Shown here in pieces: positions 1-13,949 of a stretch of DNA of 64,000 nucleotides. This DNA comes from Priapulus caudatus (Eukaryota). The stretch is taken from the NCBI RefSeq assembly GCF_000485595.1, contig NW_014577074.1:619110-683109 (forward strand), read 5' to 3'. The position numbers and the translations under genes were made by a program. Every line of letters begins with the position of its first letter. Within the stretch, counting starts at the first letter, position 1. Below the pieces are notes generated by a model that saw nothing but the letters and a program-made list of their open reading frames with translations, had not been told where the DNA came from and made no database searches.

Positions 1-355
1 ATGTACATTATAGAGATGAGAGGAATCCGTGTCTATAATCCTGGTCTAATTACATACTGACCAGGATTCAGTGGCATATGACTCGTGTGTTATCTCGGGT
101 GAATAATGACAAGGTTTGTCATTATATTCACCCCTAGTATTATGAGAGAAATGGGAACACATTTATATCAGAAGTATAGATAATAGGGAATTCCCTATTA
201 TCTACTTCTGTTTATATGACATTCGTATATATATATATATCAAGAGCTAATAATAGACTATTTTAATTAATAATAGCTAATTAATAAGAGCTAATATCAA
301 AAGTTAATAATACCTATTACCTAAATATATATAGGTATTATTAGCTCTTGATATA

Positions 356-1205
356 ATATCAGGAGTCTATCAATAGAAGTAAGACAGACTGAAACTGGCA
401 AAATTCAACATTTAGTTGCCTTATAGTCTACCTATGATTTATTGTGTTTAACTCGATAAACTTGAGCTCAAATCTTACCTTAATCATTAAACTAATGCCG
501 TGTCTAATCGTTGGTCTCACAAAAATGACAAATCGGGAGATATCGGTTCAAACGTACAATGTGGTTTTTGAAAGTTATACCGCATTTTCAACAACTGTGA
601 ACCGAAACATAAGGGCAATGCTTTTGAAAGCCCTCTATTGCTTAGCAATGCAAACATAGCAAACAACTAGCGAGGTTTGCCAGCGGCACTTTCGGAAAGT
701 TAAACACGACTTGGTGTTATTGATACTATTTACATTAGAAATAAAAAATTTCACATGTTTAGTATTTTTACTCCATTTTATTTTTTCTTAACAAGTATCG
801 TTTCTAATGTAATTAACTGTCATTCGACATGGCCTTATAATAACAAACAAGGCGTGGTTTAACTTTCCGAATCCCTGGCAAACCTCGCTAGTTGTTTTGC
901 TATGTTTGCATTGCCTAAGCGATAGAGGGCTTTCAAAAGCATTGCCCTTATGTTTCGGTTCACAGTTGTTGAAAATGCGGTATAACTTTCAAAAACCACA
1001 TTGTACGTTTGGACCGATATCTCCCGATTTTGTCATTTTTGTGAGACCAACGATTAGACACGGCATTAGTTTTACATGATTAAGGTAAGATTTGAGCTCA
1101 AGTTTATCGAGTTAAACACAATAAATCATAGGTAGACTTAAGGCAACTAAATGTTGAATTTTGCCGGTTTCAGTCTGTCTTACTCCTATTGATAGACTCC
1201 TGATA
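356..1205. mobile_element. Fold-back (palindromic) non-autonomous DNA transposon, ~345-bp inverted arms
   Basis: 358-~705 (atcaggagtctatcaatagaagtaagacagac...) is the near-perfect reverse complement of ~850-1204 (...ctcctattgatagactcctgat); TA-rich flanks. Confidence 0.8.
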
Positions 1206-1340
1206 ATATATATATATATATATATAATATATATATCATGAATGAGCAACAACAAAAGCAACGGGGAAGTAAAATCTGGACACATGAATGCTGCATGCAT
1301 GCTGAATAGTGAGAGCACGGGGGAAAGTGGGGGAACTTAC

Positions 1341-4300
1341 CGTCAATACAATCCTCCCCCGCTACGCACGCGTCCGGGCTGATCAAACATCCTGCAACGA
1401 AGACGAAGCACGCATTATAATTACCGTCCTCGCCTACACTAATTACGATATCAGTGACTATGACGAGCTATGGCAGCGGCAACATCACATCCACTCCGGT
1501 TAACTAATCCACTAATTGCTTCAAACCATTTGGAGTGAACTAATTGTGCACGTACGAGCTGCGGGCACAAAATTTACTTGGCAATCTGCATGCCCAACTT
1601 CCCTCTAAACGTATTTGCACCGGGATGTTGGTGTATAGATGGATGCAATAGATCGAATGCAATATACGTAATGCAAACACATTAAAATCCATAGATATTA
1701 GGAGTTGTAATGATAATGCAACCGATAATTTGTGCTATGCATAAAATCAGGAGTTACTCTTTATTTTAACTCCTGATAAAATGAATGAATAAACGAATGA
1801 AACACTGAATATTGTAGATATACGCCGTACTGAGAAGGAAATCATATATTAAAAACATTGATTATATGACACAGAGACCACCTGAGAGCATGCGCATGCG
1901 CAGGCACCCAGTAGATATTACGCTAAAGCTCCTGACCCTTAGACCCATTTACTATACAGCATAACCTGGTCCTAGCTGTGCGACTTGCCATATCTTCCGT
2001 TACACTTAAGCTGGTAGCACAATTTTAAAACCAATTGTAAACATTCTTCATTACTTCTGCTTCGTGTAAGTTGAGGGAAACTAACTTTCTGTTATGCAGA
2101 GGGGGGGGGGGAATAGTCAAGTCCATATCCAGTTGGGAAAATCCAAGAAAGGGATCACTTGTGATAATGGTCCATCGCCGTTTTTTCGCGGTGCGCAAAA
2201 ACAGGAAAAAAGTTGTGGCGGGCTGTGACATGTGTTTGTCGCGGCGCACCACCATTTTTTATAAAGTATAAATGTAAAATAAAATGAAAATTCAAAATAA
2301 AAATGCTTGACATGTGTTTGACATTTGTGGCCTTTTATTGTTCGCTGGAATATATCAAAGTACATCAACAACCATGGCAAATTTAGTAATTTACTGATAT
2401 ACATTTTAAAATATGACTGAAAAATGTTACGACCGGGACTTTCTGGACTAATACCGTGGCACCGGGACCAGCATGTCGTACCGGGAGGATCCCGGTGAGA
2501 CCGGGACACTTGGGACGTCTGCTGTTATACCTCAATGACCACTAATCATACAATGACTTAGATGCTGCCAGAATATGTAACGTATTTTTACAGCGTTAAT
2601 ATTGCCTATCACGCATGTGTGTAGGTTATATAAATGTTGATTTATCAACTGTAATGGGAACGTTCGTTGGAGGGTACTATTGTTTGCCCGACACTCAAAA
2701 TACTGCCCCGACAAATATGACTATAAAATTACATACATTACGCTCATTAAAGCAAACACCATGTACGGTTGAAAGACTGAGATGCTTTCGCTAATAATTG
2801 GAGATTAATTGCTTACAATTCAGTTTAAAAACAAAACTGACAATTAAATCTTATAAAATCTCGAATAAATTAAGACACACACTATGTTATGCTGCATTTA
2901 AGCATCATCTCTACGTAAACCTAATTATATTACACATAAGAGCAAGAATGATGAACACAGTTGGAGAACATTGGCTAGTGACTATGTTTATGGCATGGCA
3001 TATATTTGTATTTATGATTTTATTATATTATTATAATAGGTCTTATTACCTTACACTTATTGTCATGTACTGATAACATATTGTGAATGCAATCGTGTGC
3101 AGATATTTTTATGTTGGCACAGCATATCAGTAAATATTCCATAGAAGCGTATAGGGCTTCCCGAGAGGAAAGACATATGCTAAAATTCCAATTCCAATAA
3201 GGAGTTTTGTTCTAACCAAGATGATTATATACTCATCGTTTGTGTTCATGCATGAGCTTACGACTATAGGAAGGCAGGCACACAATAACATGTGTACTTG
3301 CATGGCTTCTAATCCATAAATCATACAAAATGTAACTACTTTATTTACGAAATGATGACACGTGACCAAAGCAACGAATTTCCATAATTGTTCAAATGTT
3401 TCATAGACCACAGCATTTTATTTCACACATTCCCCCTAGTATTTCAAAAGCCGTTTAGAAGCTTCGGAATATACAGCAAATGGACATGCATGTAAGGTAC
3501 ATTCATTTGGTTTGGTATATATGGTTTCATTCTTTATTTTCCATCAACTCACAGTCAAAATCTTCTACGGTTAAGAACCTATACACGACATCGCCTTGAT
3601 GCAAATGTAATAGTAGTAGTAGTAGTTGTAGTAGTGTAGTGTGGTAGAAGGATGATTCGCAGGTGGGAAACCTAACAGTGGCTGCGACGTGAACACTCCT
3701 TCTGCGGCAACCTACAATGATGGCCCCCTTGATGCAAATGACCAAATGGTAGCAATATTGTATACCGCCAAGAGGAATAATACTACAGTACTACCATTGT
3801 CTTCCCTTCTCTCACGCTCCATACATGTAAACAGCAATAGGTTTGTGCAGAGAGTACGCTCATTTGATTGAAGAGCAGGTGGAAAAGGGTGAGTGTGGTC
3901 AGAGTGCCAACTTTGCATACCGCTCGCTTTGTTTCAAAGTATGTCATGATTTGTCATTATTAACCTCTACGATACTCCTAGGCCGAGATATTGGAGCGTA
4001 ATCATGCCTCCCACAGGCCTCACGCCACCTCGAATCCACAATATTCACTATGCTTAGAACTCGCCTTTTGCGGGTCTGGCTATCGTTTTCCGTCGCCGCT
4101 TGGAGCGCTGATAATTGATGTCACATGCCCAAATTTGGTACTCTTACTACACCATATAGTAACTGAGCTGCGTTGTAGAGACTTAATTTAGAAAACATTG
4201 CCGGCTCCATCATGACCACAGGCACTTGAAGCGTTTCAATAAAATATAATGCTAACTAAATACGAATGTTTCTATAGCCTATAGGCCTACTCTCTTTCAC

Positions 4301-4856
4301 CATTTATTAGCCAACAATTTCCTAGTAAATTCCGTCCACATTCCACGTCCACATTACAGCTGCCGGATGCCAGCTCTCTCGCGGCGCGACTGTTGCACGC
4401 TATACACTATATTTGTTAGGCGAGCAAACGACACACACCGTGGAAGGTTTAGATGGTGTGTCGGTTATGTAGGAATGGTGTTGGGGTAATGCATGACACA
4501 GGAGCCGGGCGATGTCGCGGTCGGCACGAAGATCAAAGAGAGCGACTCGAATTGCGCCAGCTAGGCTGGGAATGAGTAGTCCATTGAATCTTCAGGAGGT
4601 GCTGACAGGCACGCGGGCTGGGACCCATGCGGGTAACGTTATGCTTGACCGATATATTGGGCCGCGTTGACACCTGGTTCCGAATTGGTCGTGGCAACTT
4701 GACCCAAGTGCCGCCACACGCAATCCGCAAACCATATTAGGTTTAGCGAATGCGATAGCACGGTAGCCAGATCCCACACTCTTACCATATTCGGGAGGCG
4801 TCCGGTTGGTCAGAGTTGGAGGCTAAAGAGGATCTGTTGACGTAGGGAGGAAACGT

Positions 4857-4891
<35 letters not shown>

Positions 4892-6023
4892 CGCGAGGCC
4901 ACGGACTGGCGTGAGCGCTGCGGAATATAAAGGGGAAGCGGCTGGCTACTCAGGCTTCTATCTATCGAGACGTAGTTGAGAAAGGTGTAAGTTGCGCAAG
5001 ATACGCGGTTTACTATGCACTGTATTGCTGTTCTATCGTTAGCGCACTGCAGACCTTATGTATGTATTAGCAGATACTAGATATAAAGCACTCGTGAACG
5101 TTACTTCTGTGTCTTGTCGCTATCTCTCTTCTGTAGTCTATTACAGATATTCACAGTCGTAGCGCACACTCAGCGTCTACCCAAATATATATAATTCAAA
5201 CAGTCACTGTTGCACACTGAGCAACTGGCGAATTAGTGTGTGTGCATAGAGCATTTCACGGACATTGACAGTAACACTAGTCGGCGGGCATAATAGTGAA
5301 ACTGAAAGAGAGTACGCGCCTTATAGACATTAAGAATTTGTAGTTACTAGTATCTACTATTAGATTTCGTATTTATTTAGCATTATATTTTATTGAAACG
5401 TTTCAAGTGCCTGTGATCATGACCGGCATTAGCTGTGCTAGAAAAGATAATGGGAGATAAGAGCATAGGCGATGCCCCCGAAAGTCACCGAAGATAACCG
5501 AAACGCCGGTCATTCATAAAGTTATCGCGGAAAAAACCGAACTATCACGAAGCGACTTTCCTAATAACCCGCAAAAGGCGAGAAGGATAGTGAATATTGT
5601 GGATGCGAGGCGCCGCGAGGCCTGTGGGAGGGGAAGTTTACGAGCCAATATCTCAGCCTAAGAGTATCGTATTGACAAGCGGTTGGTCTTGTTATAGAGA
5701 GCAAAGAATTCTGCTTAATGCAATACCATAAAATTATTCTAGACTCGCAAGCAAAGTAGAATAATATTGCCGTGAAATAGCACTATTTTCCCGTTTTTCC
5801 GTTGTACACTCTAGGTGTATGTTATCAATGGCCGCAGGCACACGGTGCTCTTATACTTTCATATCACGTTTTTAGAACGAAAGAACAAGGTGCTGACAAA
5901 GGATAAGGTTCGTGTCAATGGAGAGATTACATGATGGTTCACATAATATCATCACTGTGTAAAGCGAGTGACAGGTGCATTAGTCTAAGGTAACCATGCA
6001 GTCGATCACCTACCTACATTATG

Positions 6024-6067
<44 letters not shown>

Positions 6068-9000
6068 TGTGTGCGTAAGCCACGACTCACTGTATGACAG
6101 ATGTATTTGACATTACGAAGAAGCATTAGCCTTAGGTCTTCCTAATTGCGCGAGAATCTTTCAGAAGCATCAACACCCTGCTGTTAAGCAGAAATAACTC
6201 ACCAGTAACCATGCAGCAGCGCGTGTGCGTGCGTGGCCACACCTACATTAGTTTACAAATATATTTCATGATTTTAGATGACAGTAGATGAATAGAGATA
6301 CTCCTGATTACATACTCCTGAACACACATGCGCGCGTACTTACACATGCACGCATGCATGCGCGTACAGACGCACACATACACAAACACGTATGTATGCG
6401 CGCACAGACGTTAGCGAGCGAGCGAGCGTGCGTGCTAATTACACATAGTTCTTTCGAAATTTTACGGATTGGCAGACAGCCTAAACAACTGGCATGCCTC
6501 ACTAGTAATTTCAAATATTTACGCAACTGCAATGACTGTTTCTAAACTACAGCCACTATTTCAATAGAAAACGATTGCATATTGCCTTTATGAATTATGA
6601 TCTGCCAAACCAGCACCTAGACCCATTAGCAGCCGAGTGACAAGTTGCCTGATAATACCAGAGGCGAATAATAACAAATGATTTGACATTTGTCATTATT
6701 CACCCCTCATAATACTAAATACGGAGGGGGGGGGGAGGCAGCTAACGCAGCAGGAATTCAATCACACATTAAAAGTTAATGATTTTTTCGTACATGTTCT
6801 GAAATCACATGAATTAATTGTTTTACAATATTTTCATAAAAAGCAATTAGTACATCGAAGAAACGGAGAACCCAGCATAAAGGTGATAGCAACAGAATGC
6901 ATGCTGCCGTATAAAAGAAAAGCCACCTTAATTTTCTACATTGAAAACACTTTTGCATCCATGCAAGTTCTCATGGTAATATATAGCTCCAAGAAACGGT
7001 ATTGCTAGGGTTAGAATACCGACAATCCGAATATAGACAATCCGTCGCACAGCCTGGTCGGGCTAGGTAATATAAGAAGCTAGAGGTGGCAAACCGTATC
7101 TAAAATTCTACTTAGAACGCATGTATGAAAGCATTATCGGAGACGTTATAGCTCACCGCGCTAATACCCAATTAAATTTATCGTTCATGCGATAATTACA
7201 CCTTATTTTGTTAACCGGCAGCCACGTGGGTGGTTATAAAATGTCACATATTAGTTCCATCCGAGCTTTTCAGTTCTGCACAAAATGGAAATCTATAGGA
7301 CTGCACGTTACACGTTGGGAAGGAGCATATTGAAACTCTAAAAAACCCACTCGTTTCCACGCGTGCATGGCTTCGCATTCAGCCACCCACCCATCCACCC
7401 CCACACGCATTTAGACATGGTAGTGCCCTCAATATAATGGGAGTATCCATAGCAGCCGTAAAAACGGGAACCCAGCTTGAGAGTAACCATGCGAACGAAG
7501 TAGTGAATCGAATGAAGATGGACGCACTTACTGCCAAATACTCCCACAAGTTCTATTCCCTCTATATCAATTATAATTTATCGGATGTGAATGCATGCGT
7601 ATTGTTAAGACACACTACAGACGGTTGCTGTATGGTTTATACCCGTGCCTACAATCAATCCACAAAGATAGGGCCCGGCCATCAACACCCACATTTTGTC
7701 ATTTTTTCTTGGAACCAAATCATATGATACTCATGAATGCATGATAACGGTAATGTGTGGGCGCCTCTTAGCTCAGCAGAATGAGAACAAATCGATGAAG
7801 AAGCTAACCAGAGGCATTAAGTGAATGTAGCACAAAATGTCGCGAGACAATATGTCAGGGAATCTTGAGAGCAGGACATACTAGTAGGTGAATATCACTG
7901 AGAGAAATGAGAGCGGAAGAGGAGAGGGTGGGGGGGGGGGAATATACGGAAACTACGTTAGTGAGAGGAGGTAGGTGGGGAGAGTGGTGATTGGAAGGAA
8001 GGCAGAAAAAAGCAAGGATAGTAAGTATGGGAGTAAAGCTGAAAGTTGTAATAAATTTTGAAGACAGGATTCCTTTTCTGTAGAACTGGGTTTAAGACTT
8101 TTTTAGTTTTCCTGCTCCTCATATCCACCATTTATTTTCTCCTTCCTCCTCTTCTTATCCATTTTCTATCAACAACCTCCCCCTATCATACCGTCTCTCT
8201 ATCATTCCCATCCTCCTAACCTTACTTCTCATCTCACACATTTCTGTCCAACCATCCACGCTCAATTTTTGTTTTCTCATTTGCCCCCCTTCCATCCCTG
8301 CCCTTATCTACCACCTTTCACCATTTCTCTTAAACTCCATCCCAAAGCAATGTATAAAAAGCTGTCAACATAACGTGCTGTGCTAGATTTTGCATTATTT
8401 TACCGACATTTTGTCTCCTATCACGCCTACAGTGTCGGTGTCTTGATACCAATATGCCTCCGTTATATGCCTACTCAGTCCAGACAGTTATTATTTTGTT
8501 CTGACACATACGATTAATATTCACTAAATCACGCCTTTTATATGTACATTTCTGTCTGCCAAGAGCTAAAATGCGGTTGCCTAGTTGAAGACTTAATATA
8601 AATGTCATTATAATTCGATTACATTGAAAAGATTACGTAAAATACACGTTAATACATTCATGTGCATGTGACAAGTGCTGCAGTTGCCTGGCCCAATATC
8701 AACTGGAAGGACAGACTGTAAACAGCGTGGCCGTGCAAACGAACTGATCGATGGAGCAATCGTTCATCATGCAACGAACCAACGTATCCTTCGCATAAGA
8801 AATGTCAACGTGCGCAATTTATCATCATAAATATGCACTTATCATATTGGTTACCCATCTTCCCAGCCTTTAGATTCAATCTTACCGTTTTCATATATGC
8901 CATCATTTATCTTATTTCAGTCCCACTCTGGCAATCTACTGAGCACGTTTATACGTCGTGGATGCATTCAAAATTGACAAGTTGCCTGTCAGCCAGCAGA

Positions 9001-12000
9001 TCACACATAAAATAAGAGGCTTTTTAAACTAAAGGTAAAAAGGTATAAAATAAAGGTCAATTTTAAACTCGACGGGTGCATGCAGAATGTTTACACTAAC
9101 AGTTAAGTGAATGCATGCACATCAATTCTGGTTGAGGCTCTGCTCTGTAAACGCTTAGCATGCAGTGTCCACTGTTAGAATACGGTCGATCACGACGCAT
9201 AAATGGTGATGATGTTACCTAAGTGTTGTTTCTAAGTGTGAACTAAAACATTGTTAGCTGAAAAATCGCATACAGCTATACAATTAACCAGACGCACATC
9301 ACACATATATATTGATCGATCACAACAGCAATGCCATTTAAATCACCATATTGCTGGCCTATTACGGTTCTAACTATTTTGCTGAATGTCATTGCATGCT
9401 CCTAAATTGAACAAGAAAAGCTTTGTAGGTTTTTGAAGTATATATGAGATGAAAGAGCCAGCTGTAATAAGACAAATCAGAATTGTAAAGGTTTTCCTCG
9501 CGGTGCATCCCACACGTTCAATTCTCAGTGTATACGAAATAATTAATGGATAATCATACATAATATCAGGAGTCTATCAATATTGATAGACTCCTAATAA
9601 TATTACGTTAAAAATAAAATATAGAAAATAATACACCCAGTATTATGAACATCCTCGACTATACAGTTACCATTTACCAATTGTAGAAGCCTTCTAATTC
9701 TTAATTTCTTAATACTATATTGTAAATTCTTATATCATAAACACAATATATTTGCGTGATATCTACTAAAACTACCAGAGACAGTTGATAAACAGCAATA
9801 TGCCACGTACCGAGTTTGAACATAATATCTCATCTATTTTGTTTTATTTCGTTGTTCGTGGTAGGTTAAAGTACGTTTTGAGGGTTTGGGATATAGCAGT
9901 GTGCCGATCTAGAATAACTACTACAGAAAATGGCATCTCTGTAGTAAACTGTAGACGGTTGAGAAATTGTAAAAAATATATATCATATTGTCAGGAGTGA
10001 AAATGTGTATTTATTGACTCATTGAAACATATACATAATTATAATAAATTATATATACTTATTTAGTTAGTTATTTATTCATTTGTTTATTGTATTATAC
10101 TATATATTGCCATATTACATCAGGGACGATGTTCATTTAGAAGCTGTCTATCAATGTGATGATGAGATCAGGACGTGGTCTTATTCATCAGTGATCACGC
10201 CTTAGACGTGGCGAGAATTTGATGGAGGCCCGGCAGCCTGTTTATTTATCATGAATTTTTCCCCAGTTTGTATCATGCAGTATTGTCTATGGATTTATAC
10301 TACAAGAGCTAATAATTAGGTATTATTAGCCCTCGATTACTACCATCACGAGATCACCAACATTTCTCTTTGTTCTCGTCTCTTACGAGTGCACACCCAA
10401 CCATCTACGTTAATGTCTACGTCAGCTATACAAAGGCATTGCTGGCTGCGTGTCCAGGCATTAGCGGCTTTCCTGCGCAAATTGCACACTGTGCGCTGCA
10501 GGTGGCTACACCGTATTCTGGTTATCGCGGAGAATTGCTAAACCCGCGATTTTCATGCGATCTGTCGCCATTATAGAACCGAACGCATTAGGCCGTATAT
10601 TCATCACACTTATCGATTATACACACGTATGCTAGCATGTGACAACCGCTGCCTTTCAAACTATATCCATCAGCAACTGCTTGTGTCAGCAGTGTTTATC
10701 GTTGGAACATTTTATTGTCTTCTAGAGAGGACAGTATGAAACATCCAATTCACAGGGGGTGAGGACATTCACATCTATATATAGCTATCGATCGCAGCCA
10801 ATACTTTAATACTTTAATACTTTAATGCTGGGTCGGATAAGAAAGCTTATAGCTTTTTTGGACCCCTCTATGTGATATAAAGCATAGCAGTGTCTCAGGT
10901 GGTCTTTTGACCCCTCAAGATGTATAAGAAATGCTGTTACTTGTACATGTGTTTTTGGTGGTGCGCACATAAGAATAAAAATAGGACTACACTAAGTTAC
11001 TAACAGGTGGTGTCGAACTTATACTGATGCCACTGGTTGCTGCTGAGCCGAGATTTGCAGATGTTTAGACTCTCTGATATGACCATTACACTTGGAAGAT
11101 TGTTCCACTGGTCTACGACCCTAAATGAAAAACTGTTTTGTCTGATTGTTGAAATATATCTTTTCTTAAACAGTTTTAGTTCATGACCACGTGTGTTATT
11201 CCCACTTTTAACAAAGAATACCTTCTCATCCATGTCTTCTAGGCCACTTAAAATTTTAAAGACCTGTATCATGTCGTACCGATCTCTTCGGTATACTCTA
11301 GTGATGGTAAACCGAGCTTTATAAGCCTCCCCTTGTACGACAAGTGTTTTATGTCACATACTAATTTTGTTGCCCTTCTTTGTACCTTCTCCAACAGACG
11401 AATGTCTTTCTTCAGATACGGTGACCAAACTGGCGTTGCATATTCCATTAACGGACGGACTAGGGATTTGTACAGGGAAAGAAACATATCCTTGTTCATA
11501 TGGTCAAATGAGTGCTTTATCAACCTATTATATTTATTAGCACTTGATAATTTCTGTAGTGACAGCGAGCGAGCGCAGCGTCATCGCTGCTGTAACAACC
11601 GATATATTACCTTTGCCTCACATTTCCTCACTTGTTTCTCAAATTTTAAGCTGCTATCAAACGTTACCACCAGATCACATTCTTCAATATCTTGTTTCAC
11701 AATGGTGTTTCCCATATATTCTTCTTCATAGTGTAGCAATATATTGGATTGTTCTTGCCAATAATGAATATGCATAACTTTGCACTTTCCCATGTTAAAA
11801 CGCAGCTGCCACTTATCTGACCAGTCACACAGTTTGTCTAAATCCTCTTGTATTTGCTCACACTGTTTCTCGTCATAAACGGCATTGAACAGTTTCGTGT
11901 CATCTGCAAATATTTTAACATAACTGTTTACAACTTCTGGCAGGTCATTTATGAATATGAGAAATAGCACTGGACCTAGCACACTACCCTGGGGTACCCC

Positions 12001-13902
12001 GCTTACCACGTTTCTCCACTCTGATTGCGCTAAATTATATGAGACGCACTGTTGTCTATAGCTGGCATTGACCTTTGAATCAACCGATCCTAGAAAGTCC
12101 ATGATCCACAACCACAGTTTGCCGTCTATACCGTAGGACAAAAGTTTGGCTCCTAATCTCTTGTGAGGCACAGTGTCGAAAGCTTTGCTAAAATCTAGGT
12201 ATATATTATCGATTGGGTGACCACAGTCAATAAACTCTGACCATTTGTCAAACACCTCCAGTAGCTGGGTAGTACATAATGTTCGTGGCCTAAAGCCATA
12301 CTGTTGTTGTGAAAAAAGGTTGTTGATGTTCATATATTCCATAATGTGGTCTCTCACAATAGATTCACAGTTTACAAATCACTGAAGTCAGACTCACTGG
12401 GCGGTAGCTTCCGGGCTGCTTTTTATCGCTCTTTCTGAAGATAGGTGATACATGAGCAACTTTCCAGTCTTGGGGAATGATACCTCTTAGTAATGTCTGC
12501 TCAAAGATCATAGTAAGTGGAGTAGTGACAATTTCCCTACATTAAAAAAGAATTTTTCGGTGTATAGCATCTGGTCCCGGAGATTTGCCCGTTTTTATCT
12601 TTCTTGCGGACCATTTCCTCTCGAATCAACAGTGTGCTGATCGTGGGTAGTCGTTGAGCACATCTTGAAACCTTTTCTTGTTCTCCCTCAGTCATGTTTC
12701 CATCAGGTTTCATCAAGTCAGTAAGTAGGGGTCGAAATTAGCGGTATCCCGATATCCGCAAGATAGTAGATTCTTGTGTTGGATACCAGATTTCAATGCT
12801 TGGTATCCCGCCGGGATAGTAAAAAAAAATCGTCAAAATCGGGAAAGTTGTTGTTGAGTTATCAACTTTATACGGCAGCGCATCTGAGCGAGTGCGCGCG
12901 ATCACCGCAGGCCACTCTATACAGCAGGCATAGCATATTTGCAAGCGCCAGCGTAAATGTGATGTGTATACATTGTATCAAGCGAACCAGACAATGCGTC
13001 TAGACAATACGTCTGCAGTGTACTGTGGAGGCGTATGTAAAATGAATGCGAGCGATGAGTTTCGAAGGCAAACAATTGTTAAAATTACTATCCAAAAAAT
13101 GGGATACCAAATCTTTGGGGGGGATACCAGATTTCAATACCTGCTGGTATCCCGAATGGATACCATAATAAAAATCTAATTTCGACCCCTGGTAACACCA
13201 GAACGTGTTTTTGTCTTTGACTTAACATATTTCCAGAACGATTTCATGTCTCACTTGCATTTAGGGGCTATCTTTCTTTCATAATCCGCTTTTGCTGAAC
13301 TTACACCAGTTGTGCACTTATTCCTTGACAGTTTGTATGCATCATAATCCTTATATGATGTGGAATTCCAGTATTTTGACCAGGCCTTTCTTTTACCTGC
13401 CACACTGTCTGCCACGTCCTTGTTCATCCATAATGGTCTAGCACGACTTTTCCCTCGGCTCCTTGTTTTGGGAATATGTGTTTTCATTGCCTTGTCCAAA
13501 ATAACTCTAAAGGCAGACCAGTTGGCTTCCACATCATCAGAACATAAAACCTGTTCCCAGTCTATTAGTCCGAGATCACTATTCATAGCAGCATAATCAC
13601 CTTTGTAATATTGGAATCTAGGGCGCACGTTCTCACCAGGTTTTAAATAACAGTTGAAGTCAAACAACAGGATACAGTGATCACTATTCCGAAGCGGCTG
13701 GTCGTATACAATATCGTAATTGTCGATCATGTTTTCCTCAACAAAGACAATGAATAAATATATTTAATGTTTTATAGAAATCGTTTCTTTACGTAAAATT
13801 TGGTATGCAGTTATTCCCCACAAAACAACAGTTAACACGCTCACATGCAATGGTAGATTTTACTTAAATTGTTCTTGATAAGTGGATTATAAATTGCAGA
13901 CA

Positions 13903-13949
<47 letters not shown>

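Noticed and set aside
3527..3918. Short ORFs and a minus-strand GTGAGT donor at ~3552
   Set aside because: No coherent reading frame or homology; cannot be distinguished from intronic noise.
7762..7790. tRNA A-box-like TAGCTCAGCAG
   Set aside because: No B box or cloverleaf downstream.
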